Of a stretch of 64,000 nucleotides of DNA, positions 10,151-20,908 are shown piece by piece; the stretch's first letter is position 1, and every line of letters begins with the position of its first letter. Source of the stretch: Candidatus Bathyarchaeota archaeon. Lineage in GTDB: Archaea > Thermoproteota > Bathyarchaeia > Bathyarchaeales > Bathycorpusculaceae. The stretch spans positions 64,001 to 128,000 of the forward strand of contig CAVYHV010000008.1 of assembly GCA_963768425.1 (NCBI GenBank). Reading direction: 5' to 3'. Position numbers and translations under genes: made by a program. Below the pieces are notes generated by a model. The model was not told where the DNA came from and ran no database searches. It saw only the letters and a list, made by a program, of their open reading frames with translations.

Positions 10151-10642
10151 ACGCAGGCTTCTTCTTCATAAGCACTGTGTAGAAGAAGCAACTTGCCATT
10201 TGTAGCTTTTACTTCAGAAGCTAAACGGTGGTGTTCAACCATCAAACACCTATCCATAACAACAATCAAACCCGCGCGCCTGCCCGCTTCAGCTGCTTCT
10301 TCGTTGACTATTCCAAGCTGCATCCAAACCACAAAGGGCTTTCCGTTCTTCTGCTTCAGCTTGATGGCTTGCTCCATTATCGGCGGCACATCTTCTGCTG
10401 GTCTGAAGACGTCGACGATTTCGATGGTTTTCTGGATTTCAGGCGGGATGTCAAGCAGGCTCGGGTAGCTTTTTTCGTCCAAGAACCTCGTCTGCGAACG
10501 GGTTGACTGGTATGATGCGGTAGCCATGCTGTTTTAGGTAGGCGCTGACTCTGTGGCTGTCTTTCTCAGGCTCTTTCGATAAGCCGACAACCGCGATAAC
10601 CCTGTATTTCTGCAGGATTTCTTTAATTACGTTTTGACTCAA
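10123..10642 (-). CDS. CoA-binding (YccU-like) protein, frameshifted near 10480
   Basis: IAVVGLS...S.RV..YL...GY.IIPVNP; VDVFRP; VWMQLGI; MDRCLMVEH. Confidence 0.85.
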
Positions 10643-10669
10643 CTTTGCATCTCCATGTCTAACATTGCG

Positions 10670-11612
10670 CTAAGGCGCCTCGCTCAATGTTAACTCAAAA
10701 AAATGTTCCCTGCCGCTACGTACCGCAAGGATTCTGACGACTTCGCCAACCTTCTTCCCATGAATCTCATCGACCAAATCTTCAATTCTCCGTGTCTCAG
10801 CGTCGCTTATTTCCAAGATGATGTCGCCTTCAGCCATTCCAGCGGATTCCGCAGGACTACCCTCGGCGACCCTGGTCACTAAAACTCCATGGTCCACAGG
10901 CAACCCGTAGTAACGTGCGATTTGTCTTGTCAGAGTTAAGCCGACTATTCCCAGCCACGGCTTTTTGAGCGGTGCCGCCTACGACGATTTCGTCGGCGCA
11001 TGATTTTGCCGAGTTCACTGGGATTGCGAAACCGATGCCTTGGGCAAACGGGATAATCGCGGCGTTTATCGCTATCACTTTGCCTGTGACATCGACGAGT
11101 GGGACCGCCGCTGTTTCCAGGGTTAATGGATGCATCGGTTTGAACAAGGTTCTCTATCAAGCCGCTTTCGGACTCTATTGTTCTGTTGATTGCGCTGATT
11201 ACCCCTGAGGTTACGCTTGGACCGCCAGCCAACCCGAAGGGGTTGCCGATGGCGTAGACTCTTTGCCCAACCCTTATTTTATCTGAGTCGCCCAGTTCTG
11301 CCGCCTGAAGATTTCGTCCCTGCCCATCGACCTTAACTACGGCTATGTCGTGGATGGCGCAGGACCCCACGATTGTGCCTTCAACCACCTCGTTGGTGCC
11401 TAAGGTAACGTTGATTTTTTGGGCGCCGCCGACCACATGATTATTCGTTAAAATCAGCCCAGACGAATCAATTATGGTGCCTGAACCCTGTTCCGCGCAA
11501 CTGGCACTGCCTGATAGAAAATGTTGTGCACAAGCTTTACTGTGCTTATGTTAACTGCGGTTTTGCTTACCTTCGCGATTGTGTCTAAAATGGCGTTTTC
11601 GTCGTAGGACAT
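10670..11612 (-). CDS. HtrA/DegP-like serine protease with PDZ domain, several frameshifts
   Basis: GSG, LTNNHVV, DIAVVK, IGNPFGL, QTDASINPGNSGGP and a PDZ motif (GSPA..AG...GDII) across frames. Confidence 0.9.
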
Positions 11613-11657
11613 CTGGTCCCCAAAAATCAAGGGTGCTTCGTTTTTAATAAATATTGG

Positions 11658-12059
11658 TTAGGGCTGCTTTAGCGGCAAAATAAACAGTTTTCCGCCCATT
11701 GCTTGGGCATTTCTTTTTGGCAGATGCGGGCACATTAAACCTTTTTTCCTGACGGCTTGGCATGTTTGGCAGAAGAGCTCGAGGACTTGTGACTTGTTGT
11801 TGGGCTCTTTTATCAGGATGGCGACCATTTGATTTATTAGCGCCAAAATTTCAGTTGAGTTTTCCAATGTAACCAGCATGTTTCCTCTTTCTTTGTTTAC
11901 GTATCTGCTGACTGCCGACTGGGACAGCCCCAGAAGTTCAGCCGTTTGCTGTTCGTTGAATCCGCGGTTTGTAACGATTTCTCTTGCCATGATGGCTTTT
12001 ACTGATGGCAAAACGGTTTTTACCCCTACCTCGCATGGAAGTATCAAGTTCGGCACCAA
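11658..12059 (-). CDS. HTH transcriptional regulator (archaeal COG2522-like)
   Basis: PCE....LP.....A...Q..AELLGLSQSAVSRY...RG; C-terminal CxxC. Confidence 0.8.
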   Translation of the reverse strand: MVPNLILPCEVGVKTVLPSVKAIMAREIVTNRGFNEQQTAELLGLSQSAVSRYVNKERGNMLVTLENSTEILALINQMVAILIKEPNNKSQVLELFCQTCQAVRKKGLMCPHLPKRNAQAMGGKLFILPLKQP

Positions 12060-12092
12060 TTAGGGTTATTTTTGGGGAAAACTTATTTAAAC

Positions 12093-12125
12093 ATGACGCT
12101 TGTCATATACTATGACGCGTGTCAT
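12093..12125. promoter_or_regulatory. tandem palindromic operator ATGAC-N4-GTCAT (x2)
   Basis: ATGACGCTTGTCAT at 12093-12106 and ATGACGCGTGTCAT at 12112-12125, between two divergent regulator genes. Confidence 0.6.
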
Positions 12126-12284
12126 GATGGGCTATCAAATCGCAAAAAACCAGTTTTCACCACTAATCTCTCAATCTACCCGTCATGCCACGCGGCGGCA
12201 TAGTCGCATTAGGAGAAAAAAACAAATGGGCAATGTCCTAACTCCAACCCGAAAAACAGAGAACAGCCACGCGACCTGTCTGGG

Positions 12285-13175
12285 ATGCTAAAGACTCTTG
12301 ACGCCGAATGCAGAAACTGCGCTCCAATAAGCGCCTTAGAATGCATAAACCGATGCCAAGTCTACAAACTCAAAAATGAGTTGAGAAAACTTCGCGAAAC
12401 AATGGATAACCCAAACTACATAAAAGAACTCTTCAATGTTCTAAAAAACGAGACAAGACTCCACATTCTTCAAGCAATCGTAAACGGCAGATACTCAGTC
12501 AGCCAACTGCAGCAGGAACTCAAAAAAACCGGACACACCCACAGCCAAGATACCATAAACGAAGAGTACCTCCAGCCGCTAATGGCGGTGGGGCTTGCCA
12601 CAGAAGCACGGGATGAATACTACGCAACCACCTTCGGCGGTCGACTAACCGAACTGCTTGAAGCTTTCCCAGAATTCGCTGAAATGCTGCCCGCCCACTC
12701 AGAATGCTACGAGGAAATACTCCTGCAATCATTATTGTCGGGGCCGAAAACGTTTGAAGACATTGAAGCCTTGATTTCGCCGAAAATTGCGTCACGAATC
12801 CTTAAGCGATTACGTTCCGTCGGCTTGATAGAAACCCCTGAGGAAAGGGACTACATCTTCTTCTTCAAATCAAAAAGGGACCCAGACAAGGAAACCTTCT
12901 CAGATACCGAACGGAAAGTTTACGATAGAATCCCGAATGAAGGAATTTCAGCTGGGAAACTTGCGAAGGAAACTGAGCTTTCCATGAGAAGAACCTACAA
13001 GTATCTGAGAGGGTTGAAAGGCAAAAAACTCATCTTCATAAGAAGAACCCCCAAAGCCTATGGGTTAACTTGCAAAGGTGAAATGTTGGCTTCGGTGCTT
13101 CAGGAGCTTCAGCTTATCGTCGAAGACACATGGAACTCTTCTGCGCAAGTAATGCAGGAAAACACCAACTCTTAG
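12285..13175 (+). CDS. multi-winged-helix DNA-binding protein with N-terminal Cys motif
   Basis: CxxC...CxxxC followed by three wHTH-like segments (ETRLHILQ, YYATTFG, YGLTCKG). Confidence 0.65.
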   Translation: MLKTLDAECRNCAPISALECINRCQVYKLKNELRKLRETMDNPNYIKELFNVLKNETRLHILQAIVNGRYSVSQLQQELKKTGHTHSQDTINEEYLQPLMAVGLATEARDEYYATTFGGRLTELLEAFPEFAEMLPAHSECYEEILLQSLLSGPKTFEDIEALISPKIASRILKRLRSVGLIETPEERDYIFFFKSKRDPDKETFSDTERKVYDRIPNEGISAGKLAKETELSMRRTYKYLRGLKGKKLIFIRRTPKAYGLTCKGEMLASVLQELQLIVEDTWNSSAQVMQENTNS

Positions 13176-13200
13176 GAAGTCCAAAAAATTTTTTCTTTTT

Positions 13201-13686
13201 TTATCCTCCGCCAGGAGCTCCGTGGAACGGCGCGTTTTCCCAGAGCAGTTTCCACCAGTCATCTTCTGTTATGGTTTCTCCGTGAACAATGATTTCCAAG
13301 ACCATCTTCAGCATCTCATGGTGCCTGCGTTCGTCTGCCAAGATGGAGTTCAAGAGAAAAACTACTTTGTTGTTGTCAATGGTTGGGATCATTATTTCCA
13401 GCTTCTTGATGAGTTCCGACTCGATTTCAATGTGTTTTTCAACAAGTTTTCTCTGCTCATCCAAGTTATCCTGCGTTAACGCGGTGGATGCTCCAGTGAG
13501 AAGGGTAACTGCTGACATGTAGAGTTCAGCGTGCTTTATAGAATCAAGCGAGACCCCTTTTAGAACGCCTTTGACAGCCGGGTTCTTCATGCTCAGCAAC
13601 GGTTTCTCAAGGGAAGCCACTATGTCTTTTTCAACTTTGATCTGGTTTTTCAAGAATTCAAGGAGATTATCCTTAGGTTTTTCCAT
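13201..13686 (-). CDS. ferritin-like (rubrerythrin-like four-helix) protein
   Basis: DSIKH and DERRHH di-iron-type motifs. Confidence 0.7.
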   Translation of the reverse strand: MEKPKDNLLEFLKNQIKVEKDIVASLEKPLLSMKNPAVKGVLKGVSLDSIKHAELYMSAVTLLTGASTALTQDNLDEQRKLVEKHIEIESELIKKLEIMIPTIDNNKVVFLLNSILADERRHHEMLKMVLEIIVHGETITEDDWWKLLWENAPFHGAPGGG

Positions 13687-13709
13687 AAAAATTCTCCTAT
13701 CCGCTTATG

Positions 13710-14155
13710 TTAAGCCTTGCTCATCAAGTTTTCGGAAACTCTTTTTCCGAGGTCTCTGCAGTCGGTCAGCGTTTTTTGGTCTGGCAGGTACCTTGCGAGC
13801 AAAGGCGGTTCAGTTACTTGCATCTCAAACTTGAACTTCATGATTTCCACGACTAGCTTAGGTGCTTCGCCAGTCCACCCGTAGGAACCGAAAGCCGCTC
13901 CGACTTTGCCTTTCAAGTTTATGCCTTTTGCGGCTGCTTCCTCAAAGAGGTTCTTGAATTCAACTGCCATCTCATGATGATAAGTTGGTGTTCCCACAAG
14001 AATCGCCTCAAAGGCGTGCCAGATCTTCTGGTTCGACATGATAACTCAATTCAACATTAACGTCATCGTTGATTCTTTGCGCCTTCCGCTACGGCTTTGG
14101 CCATCCTCTCAGTGTTACCTGTTCTGCTATAATATAAAATGAGAATTTGCTTCAT
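13710..14155 (-). CDS. flavodoxin-domain protein, frameshifted near 14040-14075
   Basis: YYSRTGNTERMA start at 14155; GTPTY and FGSYGWTG downstream. Confidence 0.85.
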
Positions 14156-14350
14156 AAAACAAAATGCGGCTGGAAACTATTTCAATATTTTGTCTAGCTT
14201 CTAAAGAAACACGAGGTTAAGTGGGAAAGAAACTATGTTATTCAAACGGGACGAAATTAACTCTTCCTCAGCTTCAGTTAATAGCCTGATATAGTTCCGA
14301 AGTAGGAAACTTTAAAAATTAAGCAAAGAAAACAGGTTTTTCAGGTTGCT

Positions 14351-14620
14351 TTACTCGATTTTTCCTATTTCTTTAGTTATGTCTATCGGCGACTTGTAGG
14401 TTTTACTCGGCAGCCTTTTCAGCATGTCCATCACGTTGTCCGGCGCTTTTTTGTCCGATGCCTTATCTATCAGGTTCTTTTTTTCAGCCGGGAAATGAAT
14501 GCCCGCGAGAAATTTTTCAACGATAGCTGGGCTTACGTGACCGGATTTTCCTGCTCTGCTTGTGTATTGGTGCCTCGTTCCTTTACCTTTACTTATTCCT
14601 CTGCGTTTTAAGACATTTTG
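14351..14620 (-). CDS. DUF2795-like small protein (start uncertain or disrupted)
   Basis: VEKFLAGIHFPAEKKNLIDKA...APDNVMDMLKRLP..TYKSPIDITKEIG. Confidence 0.6.
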   Translation of the reverse strand, partial: QNVLKRRGISKGKGTRHQYTSRAGKSGHVSPAIVEKFLAGIHFPAEKKNLIDKASDKKAPDNVMDMLKRLPSKTYKSPIDITKEIGKIE

Positions 14621-14667
14621 ACTACTCGTATTTTCACCTCCTACCCTTAAACGTGTCCAACAAAACG

Positions 14668-14853
14668 CTAAACGTTAATTGTTATCTCGTCTTCGTGTTC
14701 TTTTCCTTCCTGAATAAGCCTGCGAACCCTTTGCCCGCCCTTACTGCCTATTTCACTGTAGAATTCGCGTCCATGGGTTTGAGAGGTTTTTTCTCCGCCT
14801 AAGCGTCCTGCTTCTTGAACCGTCATCTTCCCTTTTCTTTTATCTTTGGCCAA
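14668..14853 (-). CDS. KGG/GsiB-like (Em/LEA-type) general stress protein
   Basis: MTVQEAGRLGG...HGREFYSEIGSKGG; GGAGGTGA RBS. Confidence 0.85.
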   Translation of the reverse strand: MAKDKRKGKMTVQEAGRLGGEKTSQTHGREFYSEIGSKGGQRVRRLIQEGKEHEDEITINV

Positions 14854-15019
14854 AGTATTCACCTCCAGCTACAGGAACAAAATTGAAAATCGAAAAACCA
14901 TTACCATGAATCCAAACAATTCGTTTGTCCGAAAACAGGGTTTAAGCACTGTTTTAATGAAAACCACCCCGAAATTCAAGGTAATTATAACAATCAAAAA
15001 GATCGAACAACTGCATTAT

Positions 15020-15208
15020 TTATTCTTGCTCATGCTCTTTTCCCGCCTGAATAAGATTACGGACTCTTTGTCCACCTTTTGGCCCACCTATCTTTCCGCC
15101 TTTCCGGCCTATTTCACTATAGAATTTTTCTCCATGGGTCTCAGATGTTCGCAGTCCACCTTTTCTTCCAGCCTCTTCAACCGTCATTTTGCCTTTTTCC
15201 TGGGACAA
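15020..15208 (-). CDS. KGG/GsiB-like general stress protein
   Basis: MTVEEAGRKGG...HGEKFYSEIGRKGG; GGAGGTGA RBS. Confidence 0.88.
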   Translation of the reverse strand: MSQEKGKMTVEEAGRKGGLRTSETHGEKFYSEIGRKGGKIGGPKGGQRVRNLIQAGKEHEQE

Positions 15209-15287
15209 CTATTTCACCTCCTAAAAAACAATAAAAACAAAATGTTCAGCTGGATCAGACAAAAAATAATTCGAAAAAATTGGACTT

Positions 15288-15602
15288 TTACTCTTCTTCA
15301 TGTTCCTTGCCTGCTTGGATCAACCTTCGGACTCTTTGCCCGCCTCTGTGTCCTGCTTCTTCAAGACTTGTTTTCCCCATTGCTTCATTTGTTCCTTCAT
15401 GCTGCTTGGCTCTTTCAGACCCGCCTTTGCTACCTATCTCACTGTAAAACTCTGGACCTCGTTCCGCAGAAACCTTCTCGCCGCCTTTTCGACCGATTTG
15501 TTCATAAAATTCGCGGCCATGAGTCGAAGCGGTTTTTTCTCCACCTTTCCTTCCTGCCTCAGCGACTGTCATTTTGCCCTTCTTTTCCTCACGCATACTC
15601 AA
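15288..15602 (-). CDS. KGG/GsiB-like general stress protein (multiple repeats)
   Basis: EAGRKGG, EFYEQIGRKGG, EFYSEIGSKGG, EAGHRGG; RBS puts the start at ~15596-15602. Confidence 0.88.
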   Translation of the reverse strand: MSMREEKKGKMTVAEAGRKGGEKTASTHGREFYEQIGRKGGEKVSAERGPEFYSEIGSKGGSERAKQHEGTNEAMGKTSLEEAGHRGGQRVRRLIQAGKEHEEE

Positions 15603-15842
15603 AAACGTCACCTCCATTAGAACCGAGCAAAAGTTAATAATATAAAAAGCCAAACAACCGCTCATAAACTTATGTGGTTGTTGCATAACTGCAACATACA
15701 AACTAAGTCTTTGTATCTGTTTCTCGTCTATGAAGAAATAAACAGGAAATAGATAATTCCAAAAAGGTATTATAACAAATAAGTAAATGAGTTAATTTAA
15801 ATATTCCAAAGAAGTCAGCTCTATAATTATTGGTAACCATCA

Positions 15843-17324
15843 ATGAAAATAGTTCTCATAAATCCGCCGCAGACATTTTATCCAGGCTCGGAACCACCCG
15901 CTGGCAATCTGCCTCTCGGATTAATGTACATCGCCGCAATGCTTATCAAATCAGGTTACCAAACCGAGATTTTTGATGCTTTCATGGCTGACGGTTTATT
16001 CCAAAGAAACGGCGAAACCGTAAACGTAGGCATGTCATTCGAGCAGATAAAACGTGAAATTGATAGTCGAAAACCCGATATTTTAGGAATAGCGGGGCCG
16101 TTCACTTGCCAAATAGAAAACTCGGTTAAAATTAGCGATTTAGCTAAACAGCTTAATCCAGACATTTTAACGGTTGTAGGTGGTCCTCATGTCACTACTG
16201 TCCAGAAGGGGTTTCTGGAAGAGGCAAAAAGCGTTGACATCGCTGTAGCAGGCGAAGGCGAATACGTCATGCCTGAAATAGCAGCCTTTTTTGAAGGAAA
16301 AAAGGCTTTAAATGAAATTCTAGGCATTGCCTTTCGCCAAAATGGAGAAGTCAAAGTAAACCCTTCGAGAGATTTCATCAAAAATCTGGATGATCTTCCT
16401 TACCCAGCCTATGACTTAGTTGACATGGAGAAGTACCTGAATCCCAAAAAAATAGGCTACCGAAGCTTCAGAAAACGAGCCATATCAATGGTAACCAGTA
16501 GAGGCTGCCCGTTCAACTGCTGCTTCTGCTCAGTTCACCTTCACATGGGCAAGGGGTTCAGAGCACACTCTGCAAACTATGTCTTAAACCACATCCAATA
16601 TGTGGTTGAAAAATTTGATGTCAAGAACATTTTCTTTGAAGACGACAACTTAACCCTTGACTTGGCAAGGTTTGAAGCGATCTGTGATGGGTTGATTATG
16701 AAGAAAACTGCGATTGGTTGGGAAACCCCAAACGGCGTACGTGCTGACTGTTTAGACTTGAATTTGCTGAAGAAAATGAAGAAGTCAGGTTGCAAAAGCG
16801 TCTTTTTTGGAGTTGAGTCAGGCGACCAGCAGATACTAGATAACGTAATCTGCAAAAACTTAGACCTAAATCGCGTAGTTGAAGTTGCGAAAATCTGCAA
16901 AGACATTGACCTGAAAACGGGTGCCTTCTACATCATTGGTTTTCCAGGCGAAAAGAAAGAAAACATGCAGAAAACAGTTGATTTCGCCCTAAAACTCAAA
17001 CGGGATTATGACGTTGGTATGCACCTTTTCATGGCTACACCCTCGTACGGAACAAGACTGTACGAAGAATGCAAGTCTAAAGGATATATTCAGGAAAACT
17101 TGGGCTGGAACTCCTTTGCAGCGGCTCGTCAACCGAAAGGAATGCCTCTGATTTCCACGCCGGATTTTGCCCCTGAAGAAGTGAAAGAAATCGCTGCTAA
17201 GGCGCTTGAAGAATATAAAAAATTGTCTTTGAGGAATCATCTTAGGAATCCTCAGAGGGCTTTGAAAACGGCTTTTGAGCAGCCGCAGCTCATTTTGAAA
17301 TACATCAGGAATCTTTTCGCCTAA
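15843..17324 (+). CDS. cobalamin-binding radical SAM protein (class B)
   Basis: PLGL.YIA, VGGPH, GEGE, TSRGCPFNCCFC, FEDDN, GVESG, GFPGE. Confidence 0.9.
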   Translation: MKIVLINPPQTFYPGSEPPAGNLPLGLMYIAAMLIKSGYQTEIFDAFMADGLFQRNGETVNVGMSFEQIKREIDSRKPDILGIAGPFTCQIENSVKISDLAKQLNPDILTVVGGPHVTTVQKGFLEEAKSVDIAVAGEGEYVMPEIAAFFEGKKALNEILGIAFRQNGEVKVNPSRDFIKNLDDLPYPAYDLVDMEKYLNPKKIGYRSFRKRAISMVTSRGCPFNCCFCSVHLHMGKGFRAHSANYVLNHIQYVVEKFDVKNIFFEDDNLTLDLARFEAICDGLIMKKTAIGWETPNGVRADCLDLNLLKKMKKSGCKSVFFGVESGDQQILDNVICKNLDLNRVVEVAKICKDIDLKTGAFYIIGFPGEKKENMQKTVDFALKLKRDYDVGMHLFMATPSYGTRLYEECKSKGYIQENLGWNSFAAARQPKGMPLISTPDFAPEEVKEIAAKALEEYKKLSLRNHLRNPQRALKTAFEQPQLILKYIRNLFA

Positions 17325-17621
17325 AACATGTAAATTTGCGATTTTTCTTATTTCTGTTCAGACCAAAAAAGTCTCTGAAATTGCTTAATAGGCGACTTCG
17401 AACTTTAAGCCGCATTTGTCGCAGGCTGTAAAGGGCTGGCGCATAAGAGATTACGTTTCAATATTTTCTTCAGTTATTGCTTAACTTGAAACAACAAACA
17501 ATCATAAACGTCAATATCAGAAAAATCCAGAACCCGCAGACTTTTCCGCTGAACTCCAATTACTTTAATATTGTCTTGTGGCGGTGTCTTGCTATGATGG
17601 CAATGCAGAAACGCACCTTGC

Positions 17622-19983
17622 TTGCTAATTGCATTGATGTCTATAATCCTAATTCAAGCCTTTGATATGTCGGTGGCTTCAGGCAGCTCAGTTAGCACAG
17701 GTTCCAGTAGCGGCGGGTGGCCGATGTTTCGTCAAGACCCAAGCCACAGCGGCTACAACCCGGACACACCCTCAGCGAATTCTGCCCAATTGCTGTGGAA
17801 TTACTCAACTGGCAGGATGGTGCAGTCCTCCCCATCTTTTGCACAAGGCTTTGTCGTTGTGGGCTCACGAGACAGCCAAGTTTATTGTTTCAACGGTTCC
17901 ACCGGGGAAGTAATCTGGAAGTACCCAATCAGGTACGAAGTATGGTCCTCCCCAGCAATCTACGATCAATGCGTCTACGTCGGCGCCGACGACGGGTACC
18001 TTTACTGTCTTGACATTGAGACTGGGCATCCACTTTGGCGGACATTTGTCGGCGGCGAAGTACGGTCTTCCCCTGCAGTCGTCGGCGACATTGTCTACGT
18101 GAGTTCGCATAGTAACCTATGCGCCTTGAACGCTACAAACGGGAAAACGATTTGGAGTGTTCAAAACTTGAACCCAATTGATTCTTCGCCTGCAGTTTCA
18201 AACGGAGCAGTGTACATCGGCAGTGCCGACGATTGCGTTTACTCTTTTAATGCGTCCACAGGGCTCCAAATTTGGGTTCACCCACTTAGGACGTCTGACG
18301 CTTCTTCTCCCGCCGTCAACAACGGCATCGTTTACATTGGCTCTTACGATGGCTACATGTACGCCCTAAATGCTTCCACAGGCGCACAGGCTTGGAAGTA
18401 CCAGACAGCCGATGAAGTGGAATCTTCTCCAACAGTCGCTTACGGCTGCGTTTACTTTGGCTCCGACGACAACAACGTCTATTGCCTTAACTCGTCAACG
18501 GGGAGCAAAATCTGGCAGAGCGCAACCGGATATTGGGTAACATCTTCTCCGGCAGTCGCAGGCGGTAACGTTTACGTGGGCTCCCAAGACGACAACATCT
18601 ACTGTCTAAACGCCACAACAGGCGCCAAAGAATGGCTTTACCTGACAGGAAACATTATAGAATCATCACCTGCAATCGCAAACAACACTTTATACATCGG
18701 TTCAGACGACAGCAAAGTCTACGCCTTAGCCTTGACTAACGCGGCGGGTCAACTCACGGTTTCGCAACCTTCCAACCCCATATTTCTAACCACTATCGTG
18801 TTTGACGCCATCGCATGCACCATTGCCGCCTTTGCGGTTTTTGCAGTTGCTCGTTACGTTTACTTTTCTCGACGGCAGAACCGAAAAGATGAACCAAGAG
18901 ACGATTCAGAGAAAAATCTTTCCTGGCTTCAGAGGCACGCTGACGCCGTTTTCATTTTGGGGATTTTGGCTTTTTCAATGATCTTCTTCATTAACTTGGG
19001 GAGTGGCGTTCTTCAGACTTCTGATGAGCAAACGTATTCTCAATGGGCTTATCATATGTTAAAAACAGGGGATTATTTGACGCCTTGGGCTGACGGCGCC
19101 ATATCATTCGTGATTGGGAAGCCTCCATTGTTGATGTGGCTGATGTCTCTTAGCTACCAGGTTTTCGGCGTCACAAATTTTGCCTCTAGGATTTGGAGCG
19201 CAGGATTTGGTGCCTTGTCCTTGGTTATTATTTACTTTTTGGGAAAGAAACTCTATAATCGTCCAGTCGGATTCGTGTCGGCTCTCGTGTTGGGCACCTT
19301 CCTAACCTACTTCGTTTTCGCAAGGTACGCAATGACCGATGTCCCTTTAACGTGCTTCGCGGTGGCAAGCATATATTTCTTCGTTCTAAGCGAAGGGAAA
19401 GAAAATGTTGTTCGAAACGCGGTTTTTGGTGGCTTGTTTTTTGGGTTGGCGCTGATGACTAAGCAGCTCGCTGCCTTGTTGATTCCGCTAATCGTAGTTG
19501 CTTACTTGGTTGCAACGAGAAAGAGCCTGCGCTTTCTCTTCACGAAAGCTTTCAATCTCTTCTGGAGTGTTGGTATTTTGCTTTTTTCGCCTTGGCTGAT
19601 CTACATGGCCGTCCGTTTTGGGAATCAGTTTTGGCAGTGGTACTTCATCTACGCTGACGTAACAAGGTCAGCTGGCACTCTTGAGGGTCACTTTGCAGGC
19701 TACCTCTTCTACTTTAACTTCTTAGTCGCATAACGAAAACTGGCTTTGGTTAGCTCTTCTACCCATCGCCGTGGGGCTGTGTGCATACAACACTTTCTTT
19801 AGGCGCTTAAAACAGGATACACTGATTTTTCTGTGGATGGCAATCGTGCTGCTAGTGTTCTTGTTTGCACAAACAAAGATTTACTGGTATATAATGCCCG
19901 TTTTTCCAGCTTTCGCCATCGCCATTAGCAGCCTATTATACCAGCTTGCGAGCAAGATACGGCTTTTGCTTCGTCGCAAATAA
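17622..19983 (+). CDS. PQQ-like beta-propeller fused to a GT-C (ArnT/PMT, GT39-like) glycosyltransferase; frameshift near 19730
   Basis: WPMF and repeated SSP.V....VY.GS.D...Y.LNA.TG..W blades; then DE..Y...A, KPPL..WL, RIWSA, LMTK multi-TM domain. Confidence 0.8.
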
Positions 19984-20799
19984 TGGATTTTTAGCATATG
20001 CAAATTTTTGTTTTGATAGATAAATTGAAGTTAAGCGAATCCCGAGGATTTGTGTTAAGCATCGCTTTCCTTTTTCCCAGTAGTAAAGAAAAAGGTCTTT
20101 TACCCAGTTATGGAAGACAGAGTCAGTGCCGTAGAAGCCTGAATAGTCCATTTTTCCGTCAATTTGACGCAAGCATACACCTGCATATTTCTCGGTAAGG
20201 GCGACTATTCCGGGAAGGTCAGATAACCCCCGCAGTTCAACGTTTCTCTGCGCAACAGGCGGGCTTGCCGCTGCTACATTTTGCATTGGGATAAGCATTT
20301 TTATCTGAATTCCAGCCTCCACCTTCCTATTCATAATAGGAATCATGTACTCAGGAATCGTGCCTTCGCCTATTGCCCAAATGTATTGGGTCGCTTCAGT
20401 AAACCACTTTGAACCCTTATTCAAGCTTTCTATCGTGTCCATAAGCAACTCCGCCTTTGAAAGCTCGCTTACCCTGCTCACGAACTGGCTCGGAAACTGC
20501 GTTAAATCATGTGTCGAAAAATAGCTTTTATACTTAAAGATAAAATCCAGCGACTCTGAAATCTGAAGCACGATTTTGCCGAACTCTGCAAGAGCAAAAG
20601 CGCCGTCAGGTTGTCTATGAACCAGTGAAGCTGCACCTAGCCGTTCCAACTGCCGAAAAGCCTCTGTTGGGGTGACATCGAGTCTTCGGGCGATTTCCTG
20701 CATCTTTAGGTTTTCACCTCTTAATTCTCTTAAAATACTCAGGCGACTTCCGCTGGCAAGTTCAAAAAACAATTTTTCGAGTCCAGAATCTCTGCTCAT
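19936..20799 (-). CDS. winged-helix transcriptional regulator (COG4742-like); true stop probably ~20055
   Basis: FFELAS..RL.IL wHTH; C-terminal FHNW..DLFLYYWE. Confidence 0.8.
   Translation of the reverse strand: MSRDSGLEKLFFELASGSRLSILRELRGENLKMQEIARRLDVTPTEAFRQLERLGAASLVHRQPDGAFALAEFGKIVLQISESLDFIFKYKSYFSTHDLTQFPSQFVSRVSELSKAELLMDTIESLNKGSKWFTEATQYIWAIGEGTIPEYMIPIMNRKVEAGIQIKMLIPMQNVAAASPPVAQRNVELRGLSDLPGIVALTEKYAGVCLRQIDGKMDYSGFYGTDSVFHNWVKDLFLYYWEKGKRCLTQILGIRLTSIYLSKQKFAYAKNPLFATKQKPYLARKLV
20031..20043. repeat. half-site of the tRNA-linked palindromic repeat
   Basis: TTAAGCGAATCCC is the reverse complement of GGGATTCGCTTAA at 29952-29964. Confidence 0.5.
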
Positions 20800-20908
20800 T
20801 CTTCCACCGTGTACTGAGTTTTTTGCTCCAATGCTTACTTCTAAGCACCTGAATCAAATAAAACTAATCACAGTTAGGAAGGATTAAAGTTACCTGAGGA
20901 GAAATAAT

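Noticed and set aside
14846-15637. 263-aa plus-strand ORF
   Set aside because: Antisense shadow of the three KGG genes, which have proper RBSs and family motifs
15843-17324. Radical SAM enzyme as a tetraether-lipid modifying enzyme
   Set aside because: Only generic class B motifs are visible; specificity cannot be assigned without phylogeny
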